64,000 bases of DNA from an uncultured Gemmatimonadales bacterium (GTDB lineage Bacteria > Gemmatimonadota > Gemmatimonadetes > Gemmatimonadales > Gemmatimonadaceae): NCBI GenBank assembly GCA_963851265.1, contig CAWKNZ010000007.1:288001-352000 (forward strand). The letters run 5' to 3'. Below are positions 18,322 through 27,384 of the stretch, piece by piece; position 1 is the first letter of the stretch; each line of letters begins with the position of its first letter. Below the pieces are notes generated by a model. The model searched no databases, was not told the DNA's origin, and saw only the letters and a list, made by a program, of their open reading frames with translations. The translations under genes and the position numbers were made by a program.

Positions 18322-19776
18322 TCAGCGCGCGTGGAGTGTCACGCGCACGCCGCCCACCGGACGGAGCGTGACCGCGCCGTGCGGCCTGGGTTCCGCGCCG
18401 GGCACGAGACGCACGGCCCACCGGCTCGCCAGCGTCGCGAGGACCAGCGTGGCCTCCGTCCAGGCGAACTGCTCGCCGATGCAGATGCGCGAGCCGCCGC
18501 CGAACGGGAAATAGGCGAACCGGGGGCGCGCGGCGGCCTCCTCCGGGTCGAGCCAGCGCTCCGGGCGGAAGCGCGCCGCCTCCGGCCACCAGCGCGGGTC
18601 GTGGTGCGCGAGCCACGGCGACGTCAGCACGCCCCACCGCGGCTCCACCGCGTAACCGCCTAACGTGGTGCGCTCCACGCACATCCGCCCGATCGCGTAC
18701 GCGGGCGGAAAGAGGCGCATGCTCTCGGCGATCACCGCCCGCGCGTACGGCAGCGCCGCCAGGTCGTCCATCGACGGCGCCCGCCGGGCGGCACCGGTCC
18801 CGAGCACCGCGTCGAGCTCGCCCTGTAGCCGCGCGGCGGCGTCGCGGTTCTGCGCGAGGAGGTACCACGTCCAGCTCAGCGCCGATGCCGTCGTTTCGTG
18901 GCCCGCGAGGAATATCGTCATCGCCTCGTCGCGCAGCTCGTCGTCGCCGAGGGCGGTTCCGGCCGCGCCGCCCGCCGACACGTCGGCGCCGGGCGCGTCC
19001 TCGTCGTCGCGCGCGGCGAGCAGCATCGAGAGCAGGTCGCCCCGGTCCGCGGGTTCGCCGCGCGCCGCCGCCGCCCGACGCTCCGCGATCATTCCGAACA
19101 CCACGCGGTCGAGCCGCCGGCGGGCGGTTCGGAACCGTCGCGCGAGCGGGATCGGCAGGCGCATCGCCCACTTCCCGAACGGGAGGAACGCGAGCGGGGC
19201 CGCGTGAAGCGCGTCGCCGAGCGCGTCGGCCACCTCGGCCGCACTCCCGCCGACGTCGACGCCGAACAAGGTCTCGCCGGCGATGCCGAGCGTGAGGGCC
19301 ATCATCTCGGCCGCGACGTCGATCGGCGCCGTCCGGTCCGCGCGCGCGCGCCACCGCGCGTCCCACGCCTCGGCCGCCGCGACCATCGTTCGTGAGTAGC
19401 CGACGACGCGCTCGCGATGGAAGGCGGGCTGCGCCATGCGCCGGTGCCGCCGGTGGTGCTCGCCCTCGCTCGTGAGCAAACCCTCGCCCAGGAACAGCTT
19501 GAGCCCGCGATGCGCGTACCCGCGCGCGAAGCGCTTCTGCTGGGTGACGAGCACCTCGCGCGCGAGCTCCGGGTGCCCGACGACGACGAACGTCCTGCCG
19601 AGCGCGCGCACCCGCACGACATCGCCGTGCGCGGCGTGCAGCGCGCGCACCGTGCCGAGCGGGTCGCGCGCGAGCGCGACGCCCCACGCGCCCGGCCACG
19701 GCGCGCGGACCAATGGCGGGTAGGGTGCCACGGCCGGGGTCGGCACCGGGGCCTCGGGAAGGGCGATGGTCGTCAT
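18322..19776 (-). CDS. Cytochrome P450
   Basis: AGHETT, ESMR (ExxR), PERW, heme ligand motif FGGGSRICIG. Confidence 0.95.
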   Translation of the reverse strand: MTTIALPEAPVPTPAVAPYPPLVRAPWPGAWGVALARDPLGTVRALHAAHGDVVRVRALGRTFVVVGHPELAREVLVTQQKRFARGYAHRGLKLFLGEGLLTSEGEHHRRHRRMAQPAFHRERVVGYSRTMVAAAEAWDARWRARADRTAPIDVAAEMMALTLGIAGETLFGVDVGGSAAEVADALGDALHAAPLAFLPFGKWAMRLPIPLARRFRTARRRLDRVVFGMIAERRAAAARGEPADRGDLLSMLLAARDDEDAPGADVSAGGAAGTALGDDELRDEAMTIFLAGHETTASALSWTWYLLAQNRDAAARLQGELDAVLGTGAARRAPSMDDLAALPYARAVIAESMRLFPPAYAIGRMCVERTTLGGYAVEPRWGVLTSPWLAHHDPRWWPEAARFRPERWLDPEEAAARPRFAYFPFGGGSRICIGEQFAWTEATLVLATLASRWAVRLVPGAEPRPHGAVTLRPVGGVRVTLHAR

Positions 19777-19902
19777 ATCCCCGTACGATCGCCGCGCGCG
19801 CCTCGGCGCGGCTAGTGCGCGCCGAGGCGTGCCCGCGGTGGCCGAAACAGTCTGGCCCGCCTCGCGTAGGCAACACGCGTGACGTACGGTGACCGTGGCG
19901 GC

Positions 19903-19949
19903 ACGCAAGCAAGTGATTACTTGCGTAGCACCTTCGCCCGCTGTAACGT
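19903..19949 (+). promoter_or_regulatory. sigma70-type tetR promoter with overlapping palindromic operator
   Basis: TTGCGT(19921)-N17-TAACGT(19944); inverted repeat GCAAGT-N4-ACTTGC at 19909-19924 overlaps the -35. Confidence 0.7.
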
Positions 19950-19958
19950 GGCCCCGCA

Positions 19959-20618
19959 ATGTCGATCCGTGAACAGATCCTCGACGCGGCCACGCGCGTC
20001 TACGCCGAGCACGGATTCCGCGGTGCGACCACGCGGCGCATCGCCGACGCGGCCGGCGTGAACGAGGTCACGCTCTTTCGCACGTTCGGCTCGAAAGCGT
20101 TGCTGATCGAGGCGGCGCTGCGTCATATCGGCGCCGTCGATGCGTCGGCGCCACACGCCCTGCCCGACGTCCCGCGCGACCCGGAGCGCGAACTCTTCGC
20201 CTGGGCCGCCGAGCAGCTCGACGACCTCCGCAGCAGACGGTTTCTCATCCGGCACGCGATGAACGATTTCGAGCGCCGCCCCGACGCCGCGTGCGCGGCG
20301 CAGGGGTGGAACGCGGCCGACGTCGAACTGCACCGCTACCTCGTGCGCCTCGGCGAGCACGGTTTCGTCGCCTGGGACGCGGCCGGCACCGACGAACGCG
20401 CGTCGCCGGTCGCACCCGACTCACGGCGCGAGGACGTGCTCGCCGCGGCGGCGATGTTCATGGCCGCGCTGTTCAGCGACGCGATGGGGCGCGACATGAT
20501 GCCGCACCTCTACCCGCAGCCCGCCGACCGGGCCCCCGCCCTCTACGTCCGCCTGTTCCTGCGCGCGCTCGACTGCGCCGGCTCACGCCCCGCCCCGTCC
20601 TCGACCGAGGCAGCCTAA
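19959..20618 (+). CDS. TetR/AcrR-family regulator
   Basis: ILDAA..VYAEHGFRGATTRRIADAAGVNEVTLFRTFGSK helix-turn-helix. Confidence 0.93.
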   Translation: MSIREQILDAATRVYAEHGFRGATTRRIADAAGVNEVTLFRTFGSKALLIEAALRHIGAVDASAPHALPDVPRDPERELFAWAAEQLDDLRSRRFLIRHAMNDFERRPDAACAAQGWNAADVELHRYLVRLGEHGFVAWDAAGTDERASPVAPDSRREDVLAAAAMFMAALFSDAMGRDMMPHLYPQPADRAPALYVRLFLRALDCAGSRPAPSSTEAA

Positions 20619-20622
20619 CCGA

Positions 20623-22545
20623 ATGCCCAGCTTTTCGTGGCGCGCCCCGCGCGCCGCCGCCGCCTTCGCAGTCGCATTCCTGCTCGCGCCCGCGCCGGCG
20701 CGCGCGCAAACCGCCGGCGTCGCCGGCAGCAGTACGACGCGCACCGCCGCGCGCCCCCCGCGCCCACTGTCGCTGGACGCGGCGCTCGAGCTCGGCGTCC
20801 GGCAGAGCGAGAGCGTGCGGATCGCCGACGCGGCCGTGACCCGCGCCCGCGGCCAGGTCGTGCAGGCGCGCTCCGCCTACTTCCCGCAGCTCAGCGGTAC
20901 GGGCTCCTACCAGCGACAGATCCAGAGCCAGTTCCAGGCGCTCGCCAACCAGTCCGCGGCCTCGTCGCCCGCGTTCACGGCGACGACCCCGGTCGCGCTC
21001 TGTACGCCGACGCTCGCGGCCAACGCCACGCCCGACCAGCGCGCCGCGGCCCTCGCCGCAGCCCAGACGTGCCCGACGGCCGGCGGCGGCGGCATCAGCA
21101 GCCTCACCAAGGCCTTCGCCAACCCCAACACGATCGTCCTCGGCGTCAGCGGCTCGCAGACGCTCTACTCCGGCGGCCGGCTCGGCGCATCGCGGACGTC
21201 GGCGGCGGCCGGCCAGCGGTCGGCCAACATCGGGCTGACGAGCACGCGCGCCCAGGTGCGCCTCGACGTCGCCACGGCGTACTACGACGCGTCCCTCGCC
21301 GACGTGCTGGTCGGTATCGCCGAGAGCACACTCGTCCAGGCCGAACGCGCCTACCGGCAGACCGCGCTGGGCCGCGAGGTCGGCAACATCAGCGAGTTCG
21401 ACCTGCTGCGTGCGCGCGTGTCCCGCGACAATCAGCGGCCGGTGCTCGTGCAGGCGCGTGGCAACCGCGACATCGCCTACTTGCGCCTCCGCCAGCTGCT
21501 CAACGTGCCGCTCGACGAGCCGCTCCGCCTCACGACTCCGCTCCCGCTCCCGCCGGGCGGGCAGGCGGTGGGCGCGCCCAGCTCCCCGCTCGCCGGTGGC
21601 GCCACGGGCACCGCGCCGGCCGGCGCCCGCAGCGACCGCGTCGCGCGCACCGTCGTACGCGGCGACACCGTCGTCGTCACCCGCGTCGACTTCGACCCCG
21701 CCGAGGTACTCGGCGACGACCCGCAGGTGACCGCCTCGGTCGACAGCGCCGTGGCCCGCGCCGACACGGCGGGGCGCTCGCGCGCGACCGCGCGCCAGTC
21801 GCGCGAGAACCTCGTCGTGCAGCAGAGCCTGTTGCGCATCGCGCGCGCCGAGCGGCTGCCGTCACTCGCGCTGCAGGGGAACTACCAGCGCTACGGCTAC
21901 CCCGTGGGCAACGGCATCTCGTTCCCGACGGCGCTCAACCAGTACTACCCCAACTTCACGGTCGGCCTCGGCCTCTCGATTCCCGTCTTCACCGGCGGGC
22001 GCATCGGGGGCGACGTGCTCGTGGCGGAGGCCAACCTGCGTGAGGCCGAGGCCACGTCGCGGCAGGTCGAACAGCTCGCCTCGCTCGACGCACAGCTCGC
22101 GGTCACCCAGTTCGCACAGGCCGAAGCGCAGCTCCGCTCGACGGCGGGCACCTCCGAGCAGGCGGCGCGCGCGTACCAGATCGCCGAGGTGCGCTACCGC
22201 GAGGGCCTGTCGACGCAGATCGAACTCTCGGACTCGCGCGTGCAGTTGCAGCAGGCGCAGGCCAACGCCGCGCAGGCGGCGCGCGACCGCGAGGTCGCGC
22301 GGTTGCGCCTCAGCTTGCTACGCGACCTCCCGCTGTCGTCGACCGTGCAGGCCGGTGCGCAGAGTGGCGCCGGCAGTACCGTCGGCAACACGACACGGTC
22401 CGGCGTGAGTTCGGGCGTGGGTTCGAGCGCGAGCGGCACGACGACCACCACCGGCGCCGCGGGTACGACCACGACCACCACCACGACCGGCGCCGTCCCG
22501 GGCACGACGACCGGGCAGCCGCAGACCGGGACCGGCACGCCATGA
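20623..22545 (+). CDS. TolC-family outer membrane efflux protein
   Basis: Signal peptide, two OEP repeats (ARSAYFPQLS; ERLPSL..; RYREGLSTQIEL.D), Thr/Gly-rich tail. Confidence 0.9.
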   Translation: MPSFSWRAPRAAAAFAVAFLLAPAPARAQTAGVAGSSTTRTAARPPRPLSLDAALELGVRQSESVRIADAAVTRARGQVVQARSAYFPQLSGTGSYQRQIQSQFQALANQSAASSPAFTATTPVALCTPTLAANATPDQRAAALAAAQTCPTAGGGGISSLTKAFANPNTIVLGVSGSQTLYSGGRLGASRTSAAAGQRSANIGLTSTRAQVRLDVATAYYDASLADVLVGIAESTLVQAERAYRQTALGREVGNISEFDLLRARVSRDNQRPVLVQARGNRDIAYLRLRQLLNVPLDEPLRLTTPLPLPPGGQAVGAPSSPLAGGATGTAPAGARSDRVARTVVRGDTVVVTRVDFDPAEVLGDDPQVTASVDSAVARADTAGRSRATARQSRENLVVQQSLLRIARAERLPSLALQGNYQRYGYPVGNGISFPTALNQYYPNFTVGLGLSIPVFTGGRIGGDVLVAEANLREAEATSRQVEQLASLDAQLAVTQFAQAEAQLRSTAGTSEQAARAYQIAEVRYREGLSTQIELSDSRVQLQQAQANAAQAARDREVARLRLSLLRDLPLSSTVQAGAQSGAGSTVGNTTRSGVSSGVGSSASGTTTTTGAAGTTTTTTTTGAVPGTTTGQPQTGTGTP

Positions 22546-23726
22546 CCAGCACCGCCCCGCACCCTCACTCCAGGCCGACCCGCATGCCCCGCACGACCAC
22601 GCGCGCCGTCGCGATCCTCGCCACCGGCATCGGCCTCACGGCGTTCGGCGCCTGCAAGCGCGGCGCGGCCCAGGCGGCGCAGGATTCGGCCGCGGCCGCC
22701 AACGCGCCGACCGTGGTCGGCCCCGAGAACGTCGCCGTGGTCGCGCAGGACCGCCTGTCGAGCGGGCCGACGCTGTCGGGCGCGCTCACCCCGGAGCGCG
22801 TCGCGACCCTCCGCGCGCAGGCCGGCGGCACGGTCACGGCCGTCTTCGCCGAGGCCGGGCAACGCGTCACGCAGGGCCAGCCGCTCGCGCGCGTCGAGAC
22901 CACGGGCCTCCCCGACCAGGTCGCGAGCGCACGCGCCCAGCTCACCGCCGCGCGCGCGAACGCGGCGGTCGCCTCGCGCAACGCGGAGCGCAACGACCGC
23001 CTGCTCGCCGCTGGCGCCATCGCGGCGCGCGACGCGGAGGCGTCGCGCGCGCAGGCCACCGCCGCGCAGGCTCAGGTCACTTCGGCGGAGGCGCAGCTCG
23101 CCACCGCACAGCGCCAGCTCGGCAACACGAGCGCCGCCGTGCCGTTCACGGGCATCGTCGGTACCCGCTCGGTCAACGTCGGCGACGTCGTCGCGCCCGG
23201 CGCGGCGCTCTACACCGTCGTCGACCCGTCGAGCATGCAGCTGACGGGGAGCGTCAACGCCGACCAGCTCTCGCAGGTGCGGCTCGGCCAGGCGGTCCGG
23301 TTCACGGTCACCGGGTATCCCGGGCGCGACTTCACGGGCCGCATTACGCGCGTCGCGCCCGTGGCCGACCCCACGACGCGGCAGGTGCAGATCATCGCCT
23401 CGATTCCCAACGCCAGCAACACGCTGGTCGGCGGCCTCTACGCCGAGGGGCGCGTCTCGAGCGAGACGCGCGACGCACTCGTCGTTCCGGCCGACGCGGT
23501 CGACCAGCGCGGTGTCGCGCCCACGGTCGTGCGCGTGCGCGGTGGGCGCGCCGAACGCGTGCCCGTCCAGCTCGGGCTGCGCGACGACGCCACCGAGCGC
23601 CAGGAGATTCGCGGCGCGGTCGCGGTCGGTGACACCCTGCTGCGCGGCGCGGCCCAGGCGATCACGCCGGGCAGTCTGGTCAAGGTCGCCGCGGCCGCGA
23701 ACGACCGCCCCGTCGCGCCCCGGTAG
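22542..23726 (+). CDS. RND-type periplasmic adaptor (membrane fusion protein)
   Basis: Lipobox FGAC, lipoyl half-motifs (V..GQ.V..GQPL; PFTGIV...VNVGDVV), P.AD..TR; ATGA overlap with tolC. Confidence 0.92.
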   Translation: MTSTAPHPHSRPTRMPRTTTRAVAILATGIGLTAFGACKRGAAQAAQDSAAAANAPTVVGPENVAVVAQDRLSSGPTLSGALTPERVATLRAQAGGTVTAVFAEAGQRVTQGQPLARVETTGLPDQVASARAQLTAARANAAVASRNAERNDRLLAAGAIAARDAEASRAQATAAQAQVTSAEAQLATAQRQLGNTSAAVPFTGIVGTRSVNVGDVVAPGAALYTVVDPSSMQLTGSVNADQLSQVRLGQAVRFTVTGYPGRDFTGRITRVAPVADPTTRQVQIIASIPNASNTLVGGLYAEGRVSSETRDALVVPADAVDQRGVAPTVVRVRGGRAERVPVQLGLRDDATERQEIRGAVAVGDTLLRGAAQAITPGSLVKVAAAANDRPVAPR

Positions 23727-23785
23727 CGCTCGTGGCCGTGCGCGAAAGCGGCGCGCGCGGCCGGCCACCGATTCAGTAGCGGATG

Positions 23786-23814
23786 TTGCGTACTCCCGAT
23801 CCGGAGCGTATGAT
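23786..23814 (+). promoter_or_regulatory. sigma70 promoter of the TA operon with a palindrome in the spacer
   Basis: TTGCGT-N17-TATGAT; CTCC-N6-GGAG inverted repeat within the spacer. Confidence 0.7.
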
Positions 23815-23841
23815 TGCGGCATCACTCGCACCCGGAGCGCC

Positions 23842-24282
23842 ATGGCCGCCCCCCGCCTCGCCTATCCGATCACGCGGTACAGCCCCTCGCCGCTCGTCGA
23901 CCTCACGCAACGCGACGAGCGCGAGCGGCTGAGTCCGTCCGCGCTCCGCGGGTTCTTCAACATCATGGGGCGGTGGCAGGTGCGCGACGAGGACGCCCGC
24001 GCGCTCCTCGGCGGGGTGTCCAACGGCCCCTACTACGAGTGGAAGCGCCGCCCCGACCGCACCCTCGACCAGGACACGCTGCATCGCGTCTCGTACCTGG
24101 TAGGCATCTTCAAGGCGTTGCACATCCTGCACGGCGAGGCGCTGGCCGACGAATGGGTGCAGCTGCCCAACGCCAACGGCCTGTTCGGCGGGCAGACGCC
24201 GCTCGAATTCATGCGCCGCGGCGGCATCCCGGCCATGCAGACGGTCCGCCGGCTACTCGACGCGCGCCGCGCAGGGCTGTGA
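23842..24282 (+). CDS. Xre/MbcA/ParS-family antitoxin
   Basis: HTH (W......A..LLGG.S...YY.WK), R.SYL.GIFKAL, W...PN....FGG.TPL..M..GG....V...LDA.R; GGAG RBS. Confidence 0.9.
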   Translation: MAAPRLAYPITRYSPSPLVDLTQRDERERLSPSALRGFFNIMGRWQVRDEDARALLGGVSNGPYYEWKRRPDRTLDQDTLHRVSYLVGIFKALHILHGEALADEWVQLPNANGLFGGQTPLEFMRRGGIPAMQTVRRLLDARRAGL

Positions 24283-25016
24283 CCGATGCCGCGGACGCCG
24301 CACGCAACGACGCCGACGCGCTGCCGTTCTGCAGCCTCGTCCGCCGCGACGACACGCACCGCCTGATCGCGTCGCGGTACCGTCCGGGCGCGGAGAGCGT
24401 GCTCGCGCTGATCGCCGACGACGTCGCGCATCTGGACGATCTGTTCGACCTCGACCACGCGACCAACGACCGCCTGCTGGCCGAACACGACCTGCTGCCG
24501 GGGATCGGCGTGCACGAACTCGTCTTCGGCCTCCCCAACTACCGCGTCGTCAACGCCGCGTTCACGCACGCGCACCCCAGCGGCAGTCGCTGGAACGGTC
24601 CCGACCGGGGCGCGTGGTACGCCGCGTACGAGCTCGAGACCTCGCAGACCGAGGTCGCCTGGCACAAGGCCGTGGCGCTCGCCGAGATCGACCGCTTCGA
24701 GGACAGCGTCACGTACGACGATTACCTGAGCGACGTCCGCGGCTTCTTCCACGACGTCCGCCCCGACGCGGACCCGGATCGGCGCTTCGCCGCCTGCCTG
24801 GCGCCCGACAGCTACGTCGCATCGCAGCTGCTGGCCGAGTCGCTGCTCGCGCGCGGATCGCTCGGCGTCGTGTACCCGAGCGTGCGGCACGCCGGCGGCA
24901 CCTGCGTGGCGTGCTTCCGCCCCGCGCTCGTCGCCGACGTGCGCCGCGATCTGACGTACCGGTTCACGTGGAACGGCGAGCCGACCCCGGTTATTACCGT
25001 CGAGCGCGAGCGCTGA
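24279..25016 (+). CDS. RES-domain toxin (NAD+ phosphorylase / ADP-ribosyltransferase family)
   Basis: HRLI.SRY, SRWN...GAWYA, E, SY..SQ, G..YPSVR...G.C...FRP; GTGA overlap with the antitoxin. Confidence 0.9.
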   Translation: MTDAADAARNDADALPFCSLVRRDDTHRLIASRYRPGAESVLALIADDVAHLDDLFDLDHATNDRLLAEHDLLPGIGVHELVFGLPNYRVVNAAFTHAHPSGSRWNGPDRGAWYAAYELETSQTEVAWHKAVALAEIDRFEDSVTYDDYLSDVRGFFHDVRPDADPDRRFAACLAPDSYVASQLLAESLLARGSLGVVYPSVRHAGGTCVACFRPALVADVRRDLTYRFTWNGEPTPVITVERER

Positions 25017-25040
25017 CGCCCGGGCGCTCACGCCCGGGCG
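25017..25040. terminator. Hairpin after the RES gene
   Basis: CGCCCGGGCG-CTCA-CGCCCGGGCG (tandem self-complementary decamer). Confidence 0.4.
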
Positions 25041-25113
25041 CTGACGTTCGCCGCGGTCGCGCCCGCGGGCCGTCGCTCTACATTGCGCGCGTCCCCTCTC
25101 ACCGAGGTCGCAC

Positions 25114-25722
25114 ATCCCGCTCTGGCTCCCGCCGTACGCCGGCACGCTCACGCCTCTCGAGCAGCTCTCGGCGTACCTGACCCTCGCGGTCACCCCGATC
25201 ATCACCGAGGAGTTCGCGCCGATCCTCGGCGGGATCGCGGTGTCGCAGGGGCAGCTCGGGCTCGTCCGCGTCATCGTCGCCGTCACCGTCGGCGGGTGGA
25301 TCGCGACCGGCCTGCTCTACGTGCTCGGGACGTGGCGCGGGCCCTGGGTGCGGCGCCGCTTCCCGCAGGCCGGGCGCGCGATCGACGCGCTCACGCGCGC
25401 GGTGTGCAAGCGCCCGTGGCGCGCGTCGTTCGCGGTGCGCATCGCGTTCGGCGCGCGGCTGCTGCTGCCGCTCGCGTGCGGCGTGGCGCACGTGCGCCCC
25501 GCGACGTACTTCGTCGGCTCGCTCGTCGGGTCGGCCGCGTGGTCGACCGTCTTCGTACTCATCGGTTACGAATTCGGCGAGACGGCCATCCACACGCTCG
25601 AGCGCGTGCGCTCGTACGACCGGTACGCGTACGCACTCGTCGCGGCCGCCGTCGTGATCGGCGCGGGCGTCCTGTGGCGCCGGCGCGCGCGGCGCGAGGG
25701 CGCAGACGCGCCTCCCGGGTGA
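25114..25722 (+). CDS. DedA/VTT-family membrane protein
   Basis: TEE.APILGG, LLY.LG.W.G, R..FG.R...P.ACG, W...F...GY.FG; reading frame open upstream of GTG 25240; start uncertain. Confidence 0.8.
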   Translation: MPLWLPPYAGTLTPLEQLSAYLTLAVTPIITEEFAPILGGIAVSQGQLGLVRVIVAVTVGGWIATGLLYVLGTWRGPWVRRRFPQAGRAIDALTRAVCKRPWRASFAVRIAFGARLLLPLACGVAHVRPATYFVGSLVGSAAWSTVFVLIGYEFGETAIHTLERVRSYDRYAYALVAAAVVIGAGVLWRRRARREGADAPPG

Positions 25723-27290
25723 GCGCCCGGACGCGCCGCGTCGCGGCGCTGTGCTGCGCGGCACTCACCGGCGCGTGCGAGACGGGTGCGACGCACGGCA
25801 CGTCGGGCGACGGGTCTGCGCGTGACGGCGCGTCCGCGGCCGGCGTCGCGACCGCGCACGCGCTCCCGGCGCCAGCCGCACCGACCACCGTGAGCGAGCA
25901 GACGTTGCGCTTCGACGCGTTCGGCACGGTGCACGTGCTGCACGCCGGCGCGGGCGCACTCGCCGGCAGCGCGCCCGCACGCACGGTCGTCTTCGCCGCC
26001 GGCGACGGTGGATGGGATACGGCCGCGGCGTCGGTCGCACGTCGCATCGCGGCGAGCGGCGACGTGCTCGTCATCGGTGTCGACGGCGCCGCGTACCGGC
26101 GGCGCGAGATGCGCGGGCGCGGCTGCGCATCGCCGGCCGGCGACTTCGAGGCGGTGAGTCAGTACACGCAGCACCGTCTCGGCCTCGCGCGCTACACGCC
26201 GCCGGTGCTCGTCGGCCAGGCGGCGGCGGGCGCGCTCGCGTACGCCACGCTCGCCGGAGCGCCCCGGGGCACGTTCCCCGGCGCGATCGCGCTCGGGCTC
26301 TGCCCCGGCGCCACCGCGCCGAAGGCGTTCTGCGCCGCGTCCCGCCGCCAGACGTTAGGCGCGCGCCGCGGCGCCGGTTACGCCCTGACGCCCGACACGA
26401 CGCTCCGTCTCCCGGTGACGATCCTCCGCCCCGCCGACGAGCCGGCCGCGTGTTCCGCGGCGGACGTGGAGCGGTTCGCGCGCGCGATGCCGGGCGCCGA
26501 GGTGGTGGCCGTGCCGGGCGGCGTCGATTTCGCCGGCGACGGCTGGCTGCCCGCGTTCACGCGCGCCCTCGCGCGCGCCGCACCGGCCGCGCCGCGAGCC
26601 GTGGTCACGCCCTCGGCCGCCCCCGCGGGCGCGAACGTCGCCGACCTGCCGCTCGTCCAGATCGCGCCCGCCGCCAACGCCGCGGGGCCGTCCGACCTGG
26701 TCGCGGTCGTGCTCTCGGGCGACGGCGGCTGGGCGAGCATCGACCGCGAGGTCGGCGAGACGCTCGCGTCCGACGGCGTTCCGGTGGTGGGGCTCAACAC
26801 GCTGCAGTACTTCTGGACGCCGCGGAACCCCGACGGCGCCGCCGCCGACCTCGCCCGCATCGTCGCGCACGCGACCACCTCGCCGCCCGGCGGCGGCACA
26901 CGGCGGCGCGTCGTCCTCGTCGGCTACTCGCGCGGCGCCGACGTGCTGCCGTTCATGGCGCGCCGCCTTCCGCCGGAGTTGCGCGCCCGCGTCGCGGAGG
27001 TCGCGCTGCTCGGCCTCGAGACGTCGATCGCCTTCGAGTTCCACGTCAGCGACTGGCTCGGCGGCTCGGCGCCTAACGAGCGCCCCACCATCCCCGAGGT
27101 CGCCGCGCTCCGCGCCGCGCTGCCCGTCGCCGTGCCCGTGGTCTGCCTGTACGGCACGGGCGAGGACGACAGCGCGTGCCCCGCGGCGGCGCGCCAGGCC
27201 GGCGCACGCGCGATCGCCATGCCCGGCGGACACCACCTCGGCGGCGACTATCCCGCACTCGCGCGGCAGATCCTCGCGGCGCTGCGCTGA
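25719..27290 (+). CDS. AcvB/VirJ-family (lysyl-phosphatidylglycerol hydrolase-like) two-domain protein
   Basis: Two GDGGW motifs; C-domain GYSRGAD, F.FHVSDWLG, C.YG..E.DS.C, GGHH.GGDY; possible lipobox TGAC. Confidence 0.88.
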   Translation: MSARTRRVAALCCAALTGACETGATHGTSGDGSARDGASAAGVATAHALPAPAAPTTVSEQTLRFDAFGTVHVLHAGAGALAGSAPARTVVFAAGDGGWDTAAASVARRIAASGDVLVIGVDGAAYRRREMRGRGCASPAGDFEAVSQYTQHRLGLARYTPPVLVGQAAAGALAYATLAGAPRGTFPGAIALGLCPGATAPKAFCAASRRQTLGARRGAGYALTPDTTLRLPVTILRPADEPAACSAADVERFARAMPGAEVVAVPGGVDFAGDGWLPAFTRALARAAPAAPRAVVTPSAAPAGANVADLPLVQIAPAANAAGPSDLVAVVLSGDGGWASIDREVGETLASDGVPVVGLNTLQYFWTPRNPDGAAADLARIVAHATTSPPGGGTRRRVVLVGYSRGADVLPFMARRLPPELRARVAEVALLGLETSIAFEFHVSDWLGGSAPNERPTIPEVAALRAALPVAVPVVCLYGTGEDDSACPAAARQAGARAIAMPGGHHLGGDYPALARQILAALR

Positions 27291-27384
27291 CCGCCCCGGC
27301 GCCGCCGCACGGGGATTCCTCGCGGCGCGTCGAGCGTCTAGGATATTTCGTCCCGCACATTCTGCCCGCCGAACGCGCCCGCCC

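Noticed and set aside
22380..22545. ACG/ACC repeats at the tolC 3' end
   Set aside because: They encode an ordinary Thr/Gly low-complexity tail, not a separate repeat element.
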